Shown piece after piece: positions 16,973-31,010 of a stretch of 59,843 bases of DNA. The notes beneath the pieces were generated by a model. The model was not told the DNA's origin. It was given only the letters and a program-made list of their open reading frames with translations, and did no database searches. Source of the stretch: Guillardia theta CCMP2712 (taxonomy: Eukaryota > Protista > Cryptophyta); the NCBI RefSeq assembly GCF_000315625.1, contig NW_005434514.1:1-59843 (forward strand), read 5' to 3'. The number at the start of each line of letters is the position of its first letter. The stretch's first letter is position 1. Both the position numbers and the translations under genes were made by a program.

Positions 16973-19900
16973 TCGATCCCAGTCGAAGCCATTGAAACAA
17001 GAGTCTTTTCCCAGGGACGCAACGCTCGTCGATCCTTCGAGATCAAGCGTCTCCTCGCACCCCTGCAATATTTACTCTTGTTGCCCCCCAAACAGCCCCA
17101 CCCGCCGCCCGAGTCCGTCCCCTCCCTCGCCTGGATGCACTGCCCCCTCCTGCTGATCCCTGATTTTTTCCTCCCTCTCTGTTCATCTGTCTCATCCCTA
17201 CTTTCCCTCTCCCACCTCGTCCCCTTCTACCTCCTCCTCGTCGCAAGCATCGCAGCGCTCTCTGCTGACGGGCACGCCAAGGCGATTGTGGTATGGCTTC
17301 TCGACAGCCCGGAGGACGATGCCGACATCCCTCACAGGCACCATGATGTCTCCTTGCTCCCTACCATCTGCACATACCAAGGCCGTATCCCTCAGCATGG
17401 CTTCGACCGGCGAAAGCTGCTGCTGCCTCACTTCGGCGAGACCTTCAAGTACAGGAGGGTCGGGCTGCAGTGAGCATGAGGCCGAGTGTGCGCCTAGGCA
17501 CAGCAAGAAACATGTACATAGCAGCGATAGCGTGTATACTAGCAGACTACATAAACATAAACCATAGCACAGCAATGCCCGCCTCCCCTCCCTCCTCTCC
17601 GCTGCAGGTCGATGGAGCCTGGCAAGAGTTTTGCAGGAGTGTCGTCGACGTGGGAGCCCCGAGGCAAGGGGAGCTCAGGGTGCGAGCTCAAAGAGCCTAG
17701 AGCGTCTCTGCAGCAGCATGAGCCCGTCCCTCGAGCACTGGGAAGCACAGCAGCTGAGCTACAACGGAGTTGCATACATGAATGCTCAGCGTATGAGGGC
17801 GGGCATATATGCTCTGCTGGCAGTCAGGGAGGATGTGCTTGATAATAAGATTACTTACAGGAGATGTCACGAGCACGTGCTTGTCTTACGACACGAAGGT
17901 TCCTGCTAGACGACGTTTTCTGAGATGGAGGAAACCGCCTTTTTGTAGATCCTCAACCAGGTCTACTTCTACTCGCTCATCGATGGTGCAGATGATGCGG
18001 CCCGATGACAGTTTGATCCTCTATGACGCACAAGCTAGACTCAGTCAGTGCGGGCCATCAAACCAGCGCAAGGCTTCCCCATCGCCCCCCTTAGCTTGTG
18101 ACAGTGCCGGCTACCCGAAGCTCGCGCAATCATACTCAATCCCACACGCTACTTTACAGGTCTCTTTAGTCAACATACATGCATGGCGCTATCCCCAGGA
18201 CCTAGGCTGCTTCCTGCACTCAGCAGCGCCTCAGCTTGGCAGGAGCAGGTACTAAGGCGTTCCGTCTCCTCTTGCCCTCCGGCCTGTCGGGGGCGAGGAA
18301 GGTGACTGGTAGAGCTTGTGCGAGTCTTGTCGGAGAGAGAGGGAGAGGGAGGCCGCCCCCCGAGGTGCAGAGAGGCTTGTGTGCTTGCGACCACTCGCAA
18401 GCTCAGACAGGAAGAGAGGGAAAGAAAGAGCAAGAGTCAGAATAGCAAGGGCAGGCAGACGGAGGGGGGGCCTTCGTCCAGCAGTCGCTGGGAAGGCGAG
18501 GCGGAGACTGCAAGGAGGGAGGGAAGGAGGGAGGGTAAGAAGAAGCGCACGCTGGGCAGCCTTTGCCCCGCAGGCTCTCTGAGTGGATGCTTCCGTGGCG
18601 ACATGTGGGCGGCGTAATGGATGGTTCCTCGCTCATAGTCGCAGCTCCTCCCCTGTCGCAGTGGTAAGGATGCGCTTGTCCTGAATGAGTCGGATAGCAG
18701 CAGCGAGAGAGAGGAGCTGCTGATGGGAGCCTTGGGGGGGCAGGAGGGTGGGAGAGGAGGGTGGGGGGGTCGAGGGAGAGGAGGGAGGGAGAAGAGGGCA
18801 GGCTATCATGGCCGAGAAGAGTTTGGGAGCAGGGTCTTGGGGGAAAGGGTGAAAAGGGGCTGGGGGGGGACGCGAGTGGTAAACAAGAATAACTTCTTGG
18901 CTGGTGGACCCTCATGAAGAGAAATGTTTTCGATGGGATGTAACATATACAAAATGCTCAGCGCATTCTAGAGCCTTCGATCCCAGTCGAAGCCATTGAA
19001 ACAAGAGTCTTTTCCCAGGGACGCAACGCTCGTCGATCCTTCGAGATCAAGCGTCTCCTCGCACCCCTGCAATATTTACTCTTGTTGCCCCCCAAACAGC
19101 CCCACCCGCCGCCCGATGTCCGTCCCCTCCCTCGCCTGGATGCACTGCCCCCTCCTGCTGATCCCTGATTTTTTCCTCCCTCTCTGTTCATCTGTCTCAT
19201 CCCTACTTTCCCTCTCCCACCTCGTCCCCTTCTACCTCCTCCTCGTCGCAAGCATCGCAGCGCTCTCTGCTGACGGGCACGCCAAGGCGATTGTGGTATG
19301 GCTTCTCGACAGCCCGGAGGACGATGCCGACATCCCTCACAGGCACCATGATGTCTCCTTGCTCCCTACCATCTGCACATACCAAGGCCGTATCCCTCAG
19401 CATGGCTTCGACCGGCGAAAGCTGCTGCTGCCTCACTTCGGCGAGACCTTCAAGTACAGGAGGGTCGGGCTGCAGTGAGCATGAGGCCGAGTGTGCGCCT
19501 AGGCACAGCAAGAAACATGTACATAGCAGCGATAGCGTGTATACTAGCAGACTACATAAACATAAACCATAGCACAGCAATGCCCGCCTCCCCTCCCTCC
19601 TCTCCGCTGCAGGTCGATGGAGCCTGGCAAGAGTTTTGCAGGAGTGTCGTCGACGTGGGAGCCCCGAGGCAAGGGGAGCTCAGGGTGCGAGCTCAAAGAG
19701 CCTAGAGCGTCTCTGCAGCAGCATGAGCCCGTCCCTCGAGCACTGGGAAGCACAGCAGCTGAGCTACAACGGAGTTGCATACATGAATGCTCAGCGTATG
19801 AGGGCGGGCATATATGCTCTGCTGGCAGTCAGGGAGGATGTGCTTGATAATAAGATTACTTACAGGAGATGTCACGAGCACGTGCTTGTCTTACGACACG

Positions 19901-21806
19901 AAGGTTCCTGCTAGACGACGTTTTCTGAGATGGAGGAAACCGCCTTTTTGTAGATCCTCAACCAGGTCTACTTCTACTCGCTCATCGATGGTGCAGATGA
20001 TGCGGCCCGATGACAGTTTGATCCTCTATGACGCACAAGCTAGACTCAGTCAGTGCGGGCCATCAAACCAGCGCAAGGCTTCCCCATCGCCCCCCTTAGC
20101 TTGTGACAGTGCCGGCTACCCGAAGCTCGCGCAATCATACTCAATCCCACACGCTACTTTACAGGTCTCTTTAGTCAACATACATGCATGGCGCTATCCC
20201 CAGGACCTAGGCTGCTTCCTGCACTCAGCAGCGCCTCAGCTTGGCAGGAGCAGGTACTAAGGCGTTCCGTCTCCTCTTGCCCTCCGGCCTGTCGGGGGCG
20301 AGGAAGGTGACTGGTAGAGCTTGTGCGAGTCTTGTCGGAGAGAGAGGGAGAGGGAGGCCGCCCCCCGAGGTGCAGAGAGGCTTGTGTGCTTGCGACCACT
20401 CGCAAGCTCAGACAGGAAGAGAGGGAAAGAAAGAGCAAGAGTCAGAATAGCAAGGGCAGGCAGACGGAGGGGGGGCCTTCGTCCAGCAGTCGCTGGGAAG
20501 GCGAGGCGGAGACTGCAAGGAGGGAGGGAAGGAGGGAGGGTAAGAAGAAGCGCACGCTGGGCAGCCTTTGCCCCGCAGGCTCTCTGAGTGGATGCTTCCG
20601 TGGCGACATGTGGGCGGCGTAATGGATGGTTCCTCGCTCATAGTCGCAGCTCCTCCCCTGTCGCAGTGGTAAGGATGCGCTTGTCCTGAATGAGTCGGAT
20701 AGCAGCAGCGAGAGAGAGGAGCTGCTGATGGGAGCCTTGGGGGGGCAGGAGGGTGGGAGAGGAGGGTGGGGGGGTCGAGGGAGAGGAGGGAGGGAGAAGA
20801 GGGCAGGCTATCATGGCCGAGAAGAGTTTGGGAGCAGGGTCTTGGGGGAAAGGGTGAAAAGGGGCTGGGGGGGGACGCGAGTGGTAAACAAGAATAACTT
20901 CTTGGCTGGTGGACCCTCATGAAGAGAAATGTTTTCGATGGGATGTAACATATACAAAATGCTCAGCGCATTCTAGAGCCTTCGATCCCAGTCGAAGCCA
21001 TTGAAACAAGAGTCTTTTCCCAGGGACGCAACGCTCGTCGATCCTTCGAGATCAAGCGTCTCCTCGCACCCCTGCAATATTTACTCTTGTTGCCCCCCAA
21101 ACAGCCCCACCCGCCGCCCGAGTCCGTCCCCTCCCTCGCCTGGATGCACTGCCCCCTCCTGCTGATCCCTGATTTTTTCCTCCCTCTCTGTTCATCTGTC
21201 TCATCCCTACTTTCCCTCTCCCACCTCGTCCCCTTCTACCTCCTCCTCGTCGCAAGCATCGCAGCGCTCTCTGCTGACGGGCACGCCAAGGCGATTGTGG
21301 TATGGCTTCTCGACAGCCCGGAGGACGATGCCGACATCCCTCACAGGCACCATGATGTCTCCTTGCTCCCTACCATCTGCACATACCAAGGCCGTATCCC
21401 TCAGCATGGCTTCGACCGGCGAAAGCTGCTGCTGCCTCACTTCGGCGAGACCTTCAAGTACAGGAGGGTCGGGCTGCAGTGAGCATGAGGCCGAGTGTGC
21501 GCCTAGGCACAGCAAGAAACATGTACATAGCAGCGATAGCGTGTATACTAGCAGACTACATAAACATAAACCATAGCACAGCAATGCCCGCCTCCCCTCC
21601 CTCCTCTCCCGCTGCAGGTCGATGGAGCCTGGCAAGAGTTTTGCAGGAGTGTCGTCGACGTGGGAGCCCCGAGGCAAGGGGAGCTCAGGGTGCGAGCTCA
21701 AAGAGCCTAGAGCGTCTCTGCAGCAGCATGAGCCCGTCCCTCGAGCACTGGGAAGCACAGCAGCTGAGCTACAACGGAGTTGCATACGTGAATGCTCAGC
21801 GTATGA
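16973..21806. repeat. ~2,004-bp near-identical tandem repeat, ~2.4 copies (subtelomeric)
   Basis: Units start at 16973, 18977 and 20982. Identical ORF sets recur at ~2005-bp spacing. Confidence 0.95.
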
Positions 21807-22146
21807 CGCTGCTTTATTCGTGCTGCATCCTAAGGCCTGCAGGGGGATGAACTCTGCTGAAGTGCTGCCTCATAATATCATTGCTGTTGATGAGCGTTGA
21901 TTTCAAGTCAAGCAGAAGCCACCCAGGTAACACAATCCCCTTCTGTGCAGGTCAGAAGGAACGCTGGATGCACACTGACAGAATGACCCAGCAGGATCTG
22001 ACATCCATCTTACAAAGGTCTTTGGAGATTTGGTTCACACTTAGAGACCACCGTTTTATCGGCGACATGGAAGTAGCTGAAAACCATCGACATGTTTATG
22101 AAGAGAATCGAAGTGAATCAAATTGGCACAAAGCTTGAAACACCCC

Positions 22147-23128
22147 TCACGTCTCCTTCTGTCCTCCATTGAGATGTAGAATGCTTCCGTTCAGGGCAGG
22201 CATATTTACAGCGTGGAATATGCTCTCTGCGACCTCTTCTGGACTGATCCTGCAAACTTTCTCACAAAAGGGCAGGGGAACAAAGATTCGTACATGCGCC
22301 CCAACGAGACGAACTGCTTGAAGAATTTTTTCGCCTGCTCCTCATCCTTCATCTCTGCAAGTAAGTCAAACCCATCCCTTTGCCGTCCAGAGCAGACCTC
22401 GTTGCAGCATCGGGGTGTCTGTGAAGCCAGGACAGACGCAGACTGTGTGGATGCCGCTACCGAACAAGTCCTGTAGCAAGCATCACAAAGCTGAGCCTCG
22501 CAATGATGCCCTCGTTGCCTGCGTGATGCTCCGCATCAAACCGACTGTAGCATGCTTGGATGTAATGTAGGAGCAGCGACCTGCTACAGCCTTCTCGGAC
22601 AGCGTCGAACCGATAAGGATCACCGAGGAGCCTTCCTTCATGAAGGGTCGGATAGAATCTGTCAAGCAAGGAACACGGTATAACGATTGAAGATAGCTGC
22701 ATATCTCAACCTAAGATCACGCCAGGAGCGATGACGTTGATATTCAGCGAGTCTCTCATGTCCTTCACGTTGAAAGCTTTGATACTGTCTGCTCTAAAGA
22801 CTGAGGCGCAATGGATGAAGGATACGCGTGATCGGCTTTCTGCTCCACCCATTGTCTCAACAACGGAGCGTGCAGCTCCTCGCGCCTCGTCAACACACGT
22901 GAGATCGAAGGAGTGCGTGCGAATGCCTGGGACGGGGCAAACAGATCTCGAGATGTTGTGAACTAGCCATCCTTCCTCCATGAGACGGCGAACCACACGC
23001 AGACCGATGCCCGAGCTTCCTCCCGACACTATCGCAACCCCAGGAGGTTTGTTGCCAGCTGAGAGAAAGCGGCAAGGTGCAGAGGTGTTTCTGAAGCGTG
23101 AGCGCCCGACCCAACCCCGGGAAAGCAT
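22147..23128 (-). CDS. Short-chain dehydrogenase/reductase (multi-exon)
   Basis: VSGGSSGIG Rossmann motif, YITSK (YxxxK), VCPGFTDTPM, C-terminal LNGSILHLNGG. Confidence 0.88.
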
Positions 23129-23818
23129 GACGACCGGATTAGACAAGATGCCTGTAAAATGAGCAAAGTTGTTAGTCAAGATAACCATTCACTGCTCTTG
23201 CGTCCCTCTATCCCTGTCTCCCTCCTCCTTCCCTCCCTCCTCTTCACTGCCGGTCGCTGCGCCTACTGAGGCAGCATGAAAAGCGAACCTGTAGAGAGCA
23301 GGGTAGGGGGTACATGGTGGGACATGGTTGTACTGCAACAAAGGGGTTCTCATGACTCATAGAAGGGGTGGAGAAAATTGTTTCAGGGTGAATTTGCTCT
23401 GTACGCAGTAGGGGTGATGTGATGGAAAAGAGGGGGTGGGGGTGGAATGCGAAAGCGGTGCATGCGGAATAATTTTAGAACAGCAGGAATAATGGAGGAG
23501 AGAGCGAGAGGATGAGGCGAGCAGCAGAAGGGAAGTGTGAGAATCATGATAGACCATCATGGTTCTTGTTTGACGGTGTATCGATGCTAACGTCTACTGG
23601 CACAAGTGAGAGCAACGATCAGGCAAGGCTCTCGCTAATAGATGAAACAAGTATCGGTGTAGTATCGGGGATAATATTTGCTCAAAGTAGATCTTGTAGC
23701 TATCGGAAGGCACTAGCACAATTTTGCTATGCTGGGAAGATGGGAGAAGTATACCAAGCAACATCGGAGAGCTGCCAAGTCACAATCCAAACTCACATGA
23801 AAATTGACCCTGTTTCAG

Positions 23819-25880
23819 ATGTTGCAGGATCAGCCTCCCATCGTTGTTCGAGCGGAGTTACTGCACAAGTAATCTCTCGTCTACTTCTTTATTTTGATTG
23901 ATCGCTGTCTCTGATAGCGTGCCAATCGAGGGAGTAGAAATTGAACCCTACGTTTTGATACAATTAGCTAATGGCCAAAATCGACAGGTCAAGGGCGAGA
24001 GGATATTGTACCAAGTCACGTTTTCTTGTAGGTGACTGATGATGATGAGAATGTGCTGTTCAAGTGGTCGCGATGTGAATTCACCGCATCATCGGATACA
24101 CAGGTCTCACTCGTCAAAATCTCTGTTCTTCCCTAACTTGAAGAGTAGGATGGGCCGAAAACCTGTATAATAACCGGAAAGGTTGCGACGCTTGTCTTTT
24201 GCCTGCCTGCTGTGTGGTTAACTGGTGTTCCCATTAGCCGGCTACAATGCAATGCTTGCTGCCTGATGTGACCTTCGAGATTGATGGTCAAGAGTACACA
24301 CAGGAACATGCTTATTTTGCTTCGGTGAGGCTTTGACGTGTTTTTGACGTGTTTGTTGTTTCAATCATTTCGTAATGTTTGCTGTTCCACAAGGTGGAAG
24401 AGTTTCTCAAAGCTTGGCCAATGCACAAGAGGCACAGGTTCTGAGACTGCATGCTTCCAGCATCTCTGAATGTTCCTTGCGTCCATTCTTTCATCCTCTA
24501 GGCGCGAAGGAGTGGATGCACCGAAGCCGCGTCGACAGGATCCATCCAGAGATTTTGTGAATGTTTGGCAGGTGAGAGGAGATAAACCGTCACGTTGAAC
24601 TCCTGTTGACTAATGCCATCTTGAAGGAAATTGGACAAAGTCGCATTTATGTTCCACAAAAACAAGATGTGGGGCGAATCCTCAAGCTAGAATGTATTCC
24701 CATCAGTCAAAATGGCTTGTACACAGGTGAGGAGGTGACTGCCTAGGATGAAATTGTGATGTACACGGATGAAACAGGAAAGTCGGTCAGTGTGGAGTCT
24801 GCAGAAGTGATGCAAGCAACCCCTGTAGCGCCCTCGAGGAGCATGATTGAGATCCCCCAGCCCCCCAACAGCTTTGATCCTCGCTCACCGAAAGCCACTT
24901 TCAAAGTTCTCACGTACAACTGTTTAGCGGACATCTACGCGTCTCCTCAGGTCTATCCTTACACGCCTTCCTGGGCTCTCGCTTGGAACTACAGGAAGCG
25001 AAATTTGCTTCGAGAGATTCTGAGCTACAAGGCAGACATCTTAGCCCTTCAAGAAGTGCAAGCGGATCATTGGAAAGAGTTCTTGGAACCAGAGTTTGAC
25101 AATGCGGGGTATCAGGGAGTGTACAAACAGAAGACGAGAGAAAGCATGGGTCAGGATGGCAAGATGGACGGCTGTGCCATCTTGTTCCGCAAGTCTCGGT
25201 TCGCACTGATCGAGAAGCATGCGCTTGAGTTCAACCACGTCGCCATTTCCAGAGCCAGGGGAGTCGGAGGACAGAAGAGTGGGCTCAGCGAGAAAGCGCT
25301 GCAGTGCTTGCTGAAGGGAAATGTTGCGCTCGTGCTCGTGCTAGAGATTCTCGTTAACGGACAACCGGCAGGGCACATGGGACGAATCTGTGTCGCAACG
25401 ACGCACATCTTTCAGAACCAAGGCTTTCCCAACGTGAAGATGTGGCAGGTCATGACGCTCGTGCAGGAGCTGCAGAAATTTACAGTACCTCGGCAACTTC
25501 CTCTAGTCCTCACCGGAGACCTCAACTCCCAGCAGGATAGTGCAGTGTACGAGTTCCTTCAACGAGGGATCATCTCCGGCAACAACGCGGAGCTCAAAGA
25601 GGATCCGCAGGGGATCCTTGAGAACGCAGACTTGCGTCACAACCTGCAGCTGCGGGACAGCTACGTTGTGTTCGGGAAAGACTTCTACTCAAACTTCACT
25701 GCTGCTTTTGTCGGGATCCTCGACTACATCTGGCACACGGCTGACCGGCTGCGTGTCACGCGGGTGCTAGAGCAGATCGATCATGAGACGCTGACGGCAT
25801 ACACTGCGCTTCCGAGCCCTCAGTACTCGTCTGACCACATCGCGCTGATGTCTGAGTTCGAACTTTCTCTGGCTCGATGA
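23819..25880 (+). CDS. CCR4: CCR4-family EEP deadenylase, plant CCR4a-like type without LRR (multi-exon)
   Basis: TYNCLA, LQEV, TGDLNS, LDYIW, SSDHIAL. Upstream exons PIEGVEIEPYV and YVPQKQDVGRILKLEC resemble the plant CCR4 N-terminus. Confidence 0.88.
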
Positions 25881-26487
25881 ATGTATAAAGATAGTGAACA
25901 TTATTAAAAGACTAGAAGAATAAGAGGAAAGTTTCCTCGATCACATGTACCCGACTAGCACACTTGACCAACAACAAGACTCCTGGATGCCCCCGGGCCA
26001 ACAGCCTGGGCGCAGGTAATCGAGCTGGCCTCAGATGGATTCATGTAAGTTCACAAGGACATCAAAGGAATTTGCTATTAAAGAACAGCACAATTAATTA
26101 AGTAAAACTTTCCAGCCAGTTTGTGGAGATGGCGGTGTGGGTGAAGCGGGAAGATATGGCGTTGGTGGAAGAGAGGAGCAGGAAGGGAGAGCAAAAGCAG
26201 TAAGGGAAGCAAGAGCAGAAAGGGAGACAGGAGCAGGAAGGGGGGGGCTGGAGCAGGAGGGTTTAGGTGAGGATTGATTAGTTGTACGCAAGTATAGACG
26301 GACAGAAAGGAAAGCAGGGCAGGGGGAGGAGATATGAGTTGAATTGTTTCTTTCCCGTTTTTCATCCTTCATCTAGTTTGCTCGTGATTCACGACGAGCA
26401 AGTACAAGAAGGAATTTGACCATAAAAATATTGACCAAATCGTTCACTGCACATAATCTGAGTTGCTCTATCCTTGCAGAAGCTCAT

Positions 26488-27977
26488 ATGAAGATTTCTT
26501 TTTGCGTGCTTCTTCTTCACCTGTATCTGACAGGAGGTTTGATGAGTTTTATTTTTTTTTCGTGGTTCTTATTTCTATATCAAAGCAATTCCGATCAGAC
26601 GTGGCAAGTTATCCAACTCGAGCGCGGTTGCCCCGAGGTGACATGCTGATGATGCTTGATTTTCTTCATGCTGAGATGAATCTTGTTGGGATTCGTCAGT
26701 TCTTGGTCAGATTGCGGTACTTCTAAGACGTTTACACATTCATCATCATGACCATAATCATTTCAGGAGGGGGGGCAACAAGCCTGTCTGTCAACAACGT
26801 AAAAGTTTCACCAGATCCTGTGAGAGTGGAGATCATTTCGAGCAGAGCTTGTCATTCATTGACACTTTTGGTGCAGGTGGTGGCAGGCAAGAACTTCACG
26901 CTTTCTTTGGACTGCTCGACAAGTTTTTGAGATTTTCCGCTAACAGCGTTTGCTAAGCCTTCTTCAGGCGACCAAGTCTCTGACGGAACGTTCGTCATTC
27001 AAGTGTATCTCGCAGGCATCATGGTCAGCCATGGACCCTCGCGTATCCTTGTCTCACATATCTCTCAGGTCCACAAGCAGACTAACGGCATCTGCGAGGA
27101 GCACTCCTGTCCCTTCGGGTCGCTTATGTTTCATCCTGGTTTCCAACTGATGCTCGAGATTTTCAGCCCTGGGCCCGTGAATCTGGTGAGTACCACCAAC
27201 ATGCCCATCATCACGCCGCACGGAAGGTGAGGATGAGAATGCTGGAGCAGTCCCGTTGACATGTCATGACAGATACGATGTGAAAGTCACGGGAAGCCTA
27301 CCTGATGGGTGAGGGGATCTTGCTTGGAGAAGAGCGGGGAAATTTAGGATGCACGTGCAGATGACAATGTCGATAATGATGATTCTTGATGATGTTGATG
27401 ATAAGAGGATAACATTATTAGTGCTGTCGTTGTTCTTGTTCTTGTTCTTGTTCTTGTTCTTGTTCTTGTTCTTGTTCTTGTTCTTGTTCTTGTTCTTGTT
27501 CTTGTTCTTGTTCTTGTTCTTGTTCTTGTTCTTGTTCTTGTTCTTGTTCTTGTTTTATTTTGTCAAGACCACGACAATGACACATGAACTTGTCGTGTTG
27601 ACGAATGATCATTTTATTTATTTAGACGGTGATATCAATTTTTTCGTGTAAAGCAGGTGTTTTGTTGTTGTAAGGACCCCTGATGAAGATAGAAATATTA
27701 TGATTGATGATGACGACAGCGGTGATGAAAGAGAAAAACATTTTGACGAGGAAGTGAAAATGAATATGATAACAATGATGGCGACCAACGATTGTCCTGA
27801 GTGTAACAAATATGACTATGATGATGAAAATGATGATCGGGTCCCGAAACCGTGAAAACTGTCTTCCTTGATTCGTCAAAAACGGAAATTATGGCAATGA
27901 GATTATGTTGAATCGATTAATGATATTTATGCAGGCTTCCGGCCATCTGCGCTGATATTCAATTTTCTGTGGTGTGA
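26488..27977 (+). CDS. ML-domain (NPC2/MD-2-like lipid-binding) secreted protein (multi-exon)
   Basis: Hydrophobic N-terminus. Exons read VKVSPDP, VAGKNFTL, ICEEHSCP, MPIITPHGRYDVKV, and a terminal LPAICADIQFSVV*. Confidence 0.7.
27431..27554 (+). repeat. (TTGTTC)n microsatellite, probably intronic
   Basis: About 20 perfect hexamer units. Confidence 0.97.
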
Positions 27978-29048
27978 AGATTCAACCGAGTGCAAGAATA
28001 TCAAGTGTAATATGGATTCAAAATCCCTTAGTCTTATCTCCCTCCTTCGGCTCTCTATTCATTTTCGATCAATACTGAATGCTCTTCAACATGGATGAAT
28101 CATGTAGTGCTAACGAACTAAACTTTGATCTTGATGCTTCTTTCAAGTTTGTGTCAGCCAAGGAATCCTCCGCATCAAACGTCTGCTATCACTCCTCTAC
28201 TCCTCGCTTCTCTTGCCGCATGTTCCGTTCCCTGTAAGACATCGCTCCCCTCCCGAGGGTTCACTCTTACACTCGCATCCACCCACCCTACTCCCACCCC
28301 TGCAGGCACGTACCTCTGCAACATCCAGCTACTCTCCGATTGCCGCCCCTGCTCTCAAATTTCAAAATATGAACAAAATATTTCAAACTATCCCAATATC
28401 TTACCTACCATCTTTCAAAATTTGGACTCAGGTCCGAGGCATGGTTTGGCTCCCTTGTGAAAACTTGATGGTAGGGTGGGTAGGGTGAGGGGTGGTGCTC
28501 GGGGTCGCATCAAAATGAGAGGGTGCATATGCAAATGAGGAAAATGTACAACTTAGAATAAGGGGGTACTTTGGGGTAAAAAGAGGGGTTATCGGGTACG
28601 ACAGGAGGGGTTGTGGGCATTACTGGAGGGGTGGGTGGGTGAGAGATGGATCATGCCGACGGTCACAGAAGCGAACAGAAGAAGAAAGTGGGAGAAGAGG
28701 CAGGAAGAGGCATGAAGAGATAAGTGCTGCAGAGTGACGAGGAGAAAATGGGAGATAGGAAGACAAAGTGCATAAAAGATTGATCAAAAGCTAGCATCAG
28801 CGAGAATCGAAACAAAAGCCCGAAAAAGAAATGAAAAAGAATTTGAAGATACAAGAAATCCGAACTATAAGTGAAAACAGATACAAGAAATCCGAACTAT
28901 AAGCTGATTGGATCGAGAGAGGAAGTTGAATTGCAAGAAGTAGTTGGATTCAGAGGACTGCTGCACATATTCCTTCATAACCTGTTATGCAGTCTCGTTT
29001 CTTTGAAATTCATGGCTGAGAATCAATATTGAACATCGAGAGTAAATA

Positions 29049-31010
29049 ATGAACGAAGAACCCGAAATAGCTGTCAAGTACACCTACGACCAACTACAGG
29101 ACAAGTGGAAACGCGAAAAAGTCCAGGTACTCCCATTGCAGCTGCCCCCGTCAACCTCCTTCAAGCGTGTGAGAGTGCTCGGTAGGTTACTTTTGCTGAC
29201 AAACCCTTTGCTCAAGGAGGGATGAGGGTTTGCTACAAGGTGAGAGGTCCCTTGCATTGACCCAAGGTTTCTGATATCACTTGATGTCATCCTAGATGGT
29301 ACAAGTCTCTCCGCCCATCGAAGGAGTGCTGGTAACTCGTCTCAATCCCATGTGAGCACGTGCCGGATCAACCGCTCACCGACGTGTACAAGGTTGCAAA
29401 GATGTTCACCAAGCAAGTCAAACCCGAGATCTACTTCGAGGAAGCCATGGTGACATGCGTCCTTGCCTCTGGTGCGACAGGCTGAGTCCCGTGCAAGACC
29501 CAGATGCTTGCGGACAGCTACGCTCTTGAGTTCAACAAGAGAAGCAGGAAGAGGAAAGTCTGCTTCCTACCTGTCAGTGTCTACCAATTGCGAGAGAGGT
29601 GACATAGTCGCCCACGTGACGCTCGATGCTGACGCTTGTCGATCCGATGCCAGAGGAGGTCAGTTGGTGAATGTCGAGCCGTTTCTGAAAGGCGACTACA
29701 TCAAGCATAACGACAATGTAGTCCGGGCATGCCGTGTGCAACCATGACGTTGTGCTTGTCAGGATGGAAACGTTGAGACAGGGGATGAGTTACCACAGGC
29801 CTTCAGCCACTTCTCGTGAGGGTGAGGAGGGTTGATAGCTCCGCTGATCCAGTCGCAAGATGGGAAGCGAGCAACGGTCAGCTGCTGATCGTCGACATCC
29901 AAGGTGGGTCTGTTAGGGTGTCATGTCCGACGGTGATCCGTCTTGTCAGGGGTGGCAAACTTCTACACCGACCCGCAAGTGGGTTGAACGGGTCCGAGTA
30001 GGTTCACATTGACAGAGCGTTTTGTCAGATCCATAGTCAGGACGGCCAGAGCTTTGGGCAGGTCCGTGCATGTCGCATGCTGCACTCAGTTGACTGTCGT
30101 GCAGGGCAACTTGGGCATGAAGGGGATAGAGAGGTCTTGTATCCTACTCCCCTTGCCAGGACAGGTCTTGACGCTTCTTGACAGCTTCTTGAGTACACAC
30201 ACGTGCAACAGCATATGCCGCTCGTTGCGGCTTCCACAGGTCAGCAGCTGCTTCGGCAAGCCACTGCCGTATTAGCGGCGCTCATGACTCGCTTGCTCCA
30301 GTATCAATTCGGCCGATGCGTCGAGGAGGTCGAGGAACAGCAGCTGCACAAGCAAGCCCTGGTAGACGACGACCGCAGGAGTCAGTCGCCGTTGAGATGG
30401 AACTCAGGTGGGCAGCAGGACGTTGGTTGGTTGACAGTCGCTCACATTGCGATGTTAAGGCAACGCCTACGGGAGAGGGCTTGAGCGTGCGGTGTCGTCC
30501 ATCACCTCGGACGACTCTCCTCCGAAAGACCGACGGGTCAGGAGGCCTCGCGATCGTCCTCGCACAGCGTTGACGCTGCTGGACAGGTCCGAGAACGACC
30601 TGCTTCAGGGTACTCACTCAATGACGAGCTCGACCCGGGATGTAAACCACCGACGGTCGGGCCCGTGCGCGTCTGATGCGGATGCTCGGTGACGCAGCTC
30701 GCAGGGTCTCTCAATGCACAAGCCGATAGCCAAGAATGCCGGAGGAAAGAAGAAGCTGATGAGCTCATTTGATGACTTGGATGAGGGGCCGGCAGTCAGC
30801 TCCTTCGAGTTCCAGGGCCTCAGGCTGAGCAACGTGAGCCCGCGGCCCTCTCCCTCTCTTTCTCATGTCTGTCTGCAGGAGGAGCCAGCCGAAGCTCCTT
30901 CGAGCGCCTCGACGAGGAACTACAGCACCAGCAAGAAGGCCCCCTCAGCTCATCGGTCAAAGAGAGACACCTCTCCCGTCTGGCGAGGCAACAGCGAGCA
31001 TGACTGGTAG
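29049..31010 (+). CDS. Alpha-kinase (eEF2K/MHCK family), copy 1 (multi-exon)
   Basis: PFAQGGMRVCY, VAKMF, VEPFLKGDYIKHNDN, QAFSHFS, IVDIQG, TDPQ, GNLG, HTCNSIC. Confidence 0.9.

Noticed and set aside
17730-17743. 14-bp match (CTCGAGCACTGGGA) between the 2-kb repeat and element D
   Set aside because: Too short, with no flanking similarity, tail or TSD.
27349-27651. ORFs with poly-LF or poly-QE; similar low-complexity ORFs at 52412-52807, 53598-54233 and 59026-59733
   Set aside because: These are translations of microsatellites and minisatellites.
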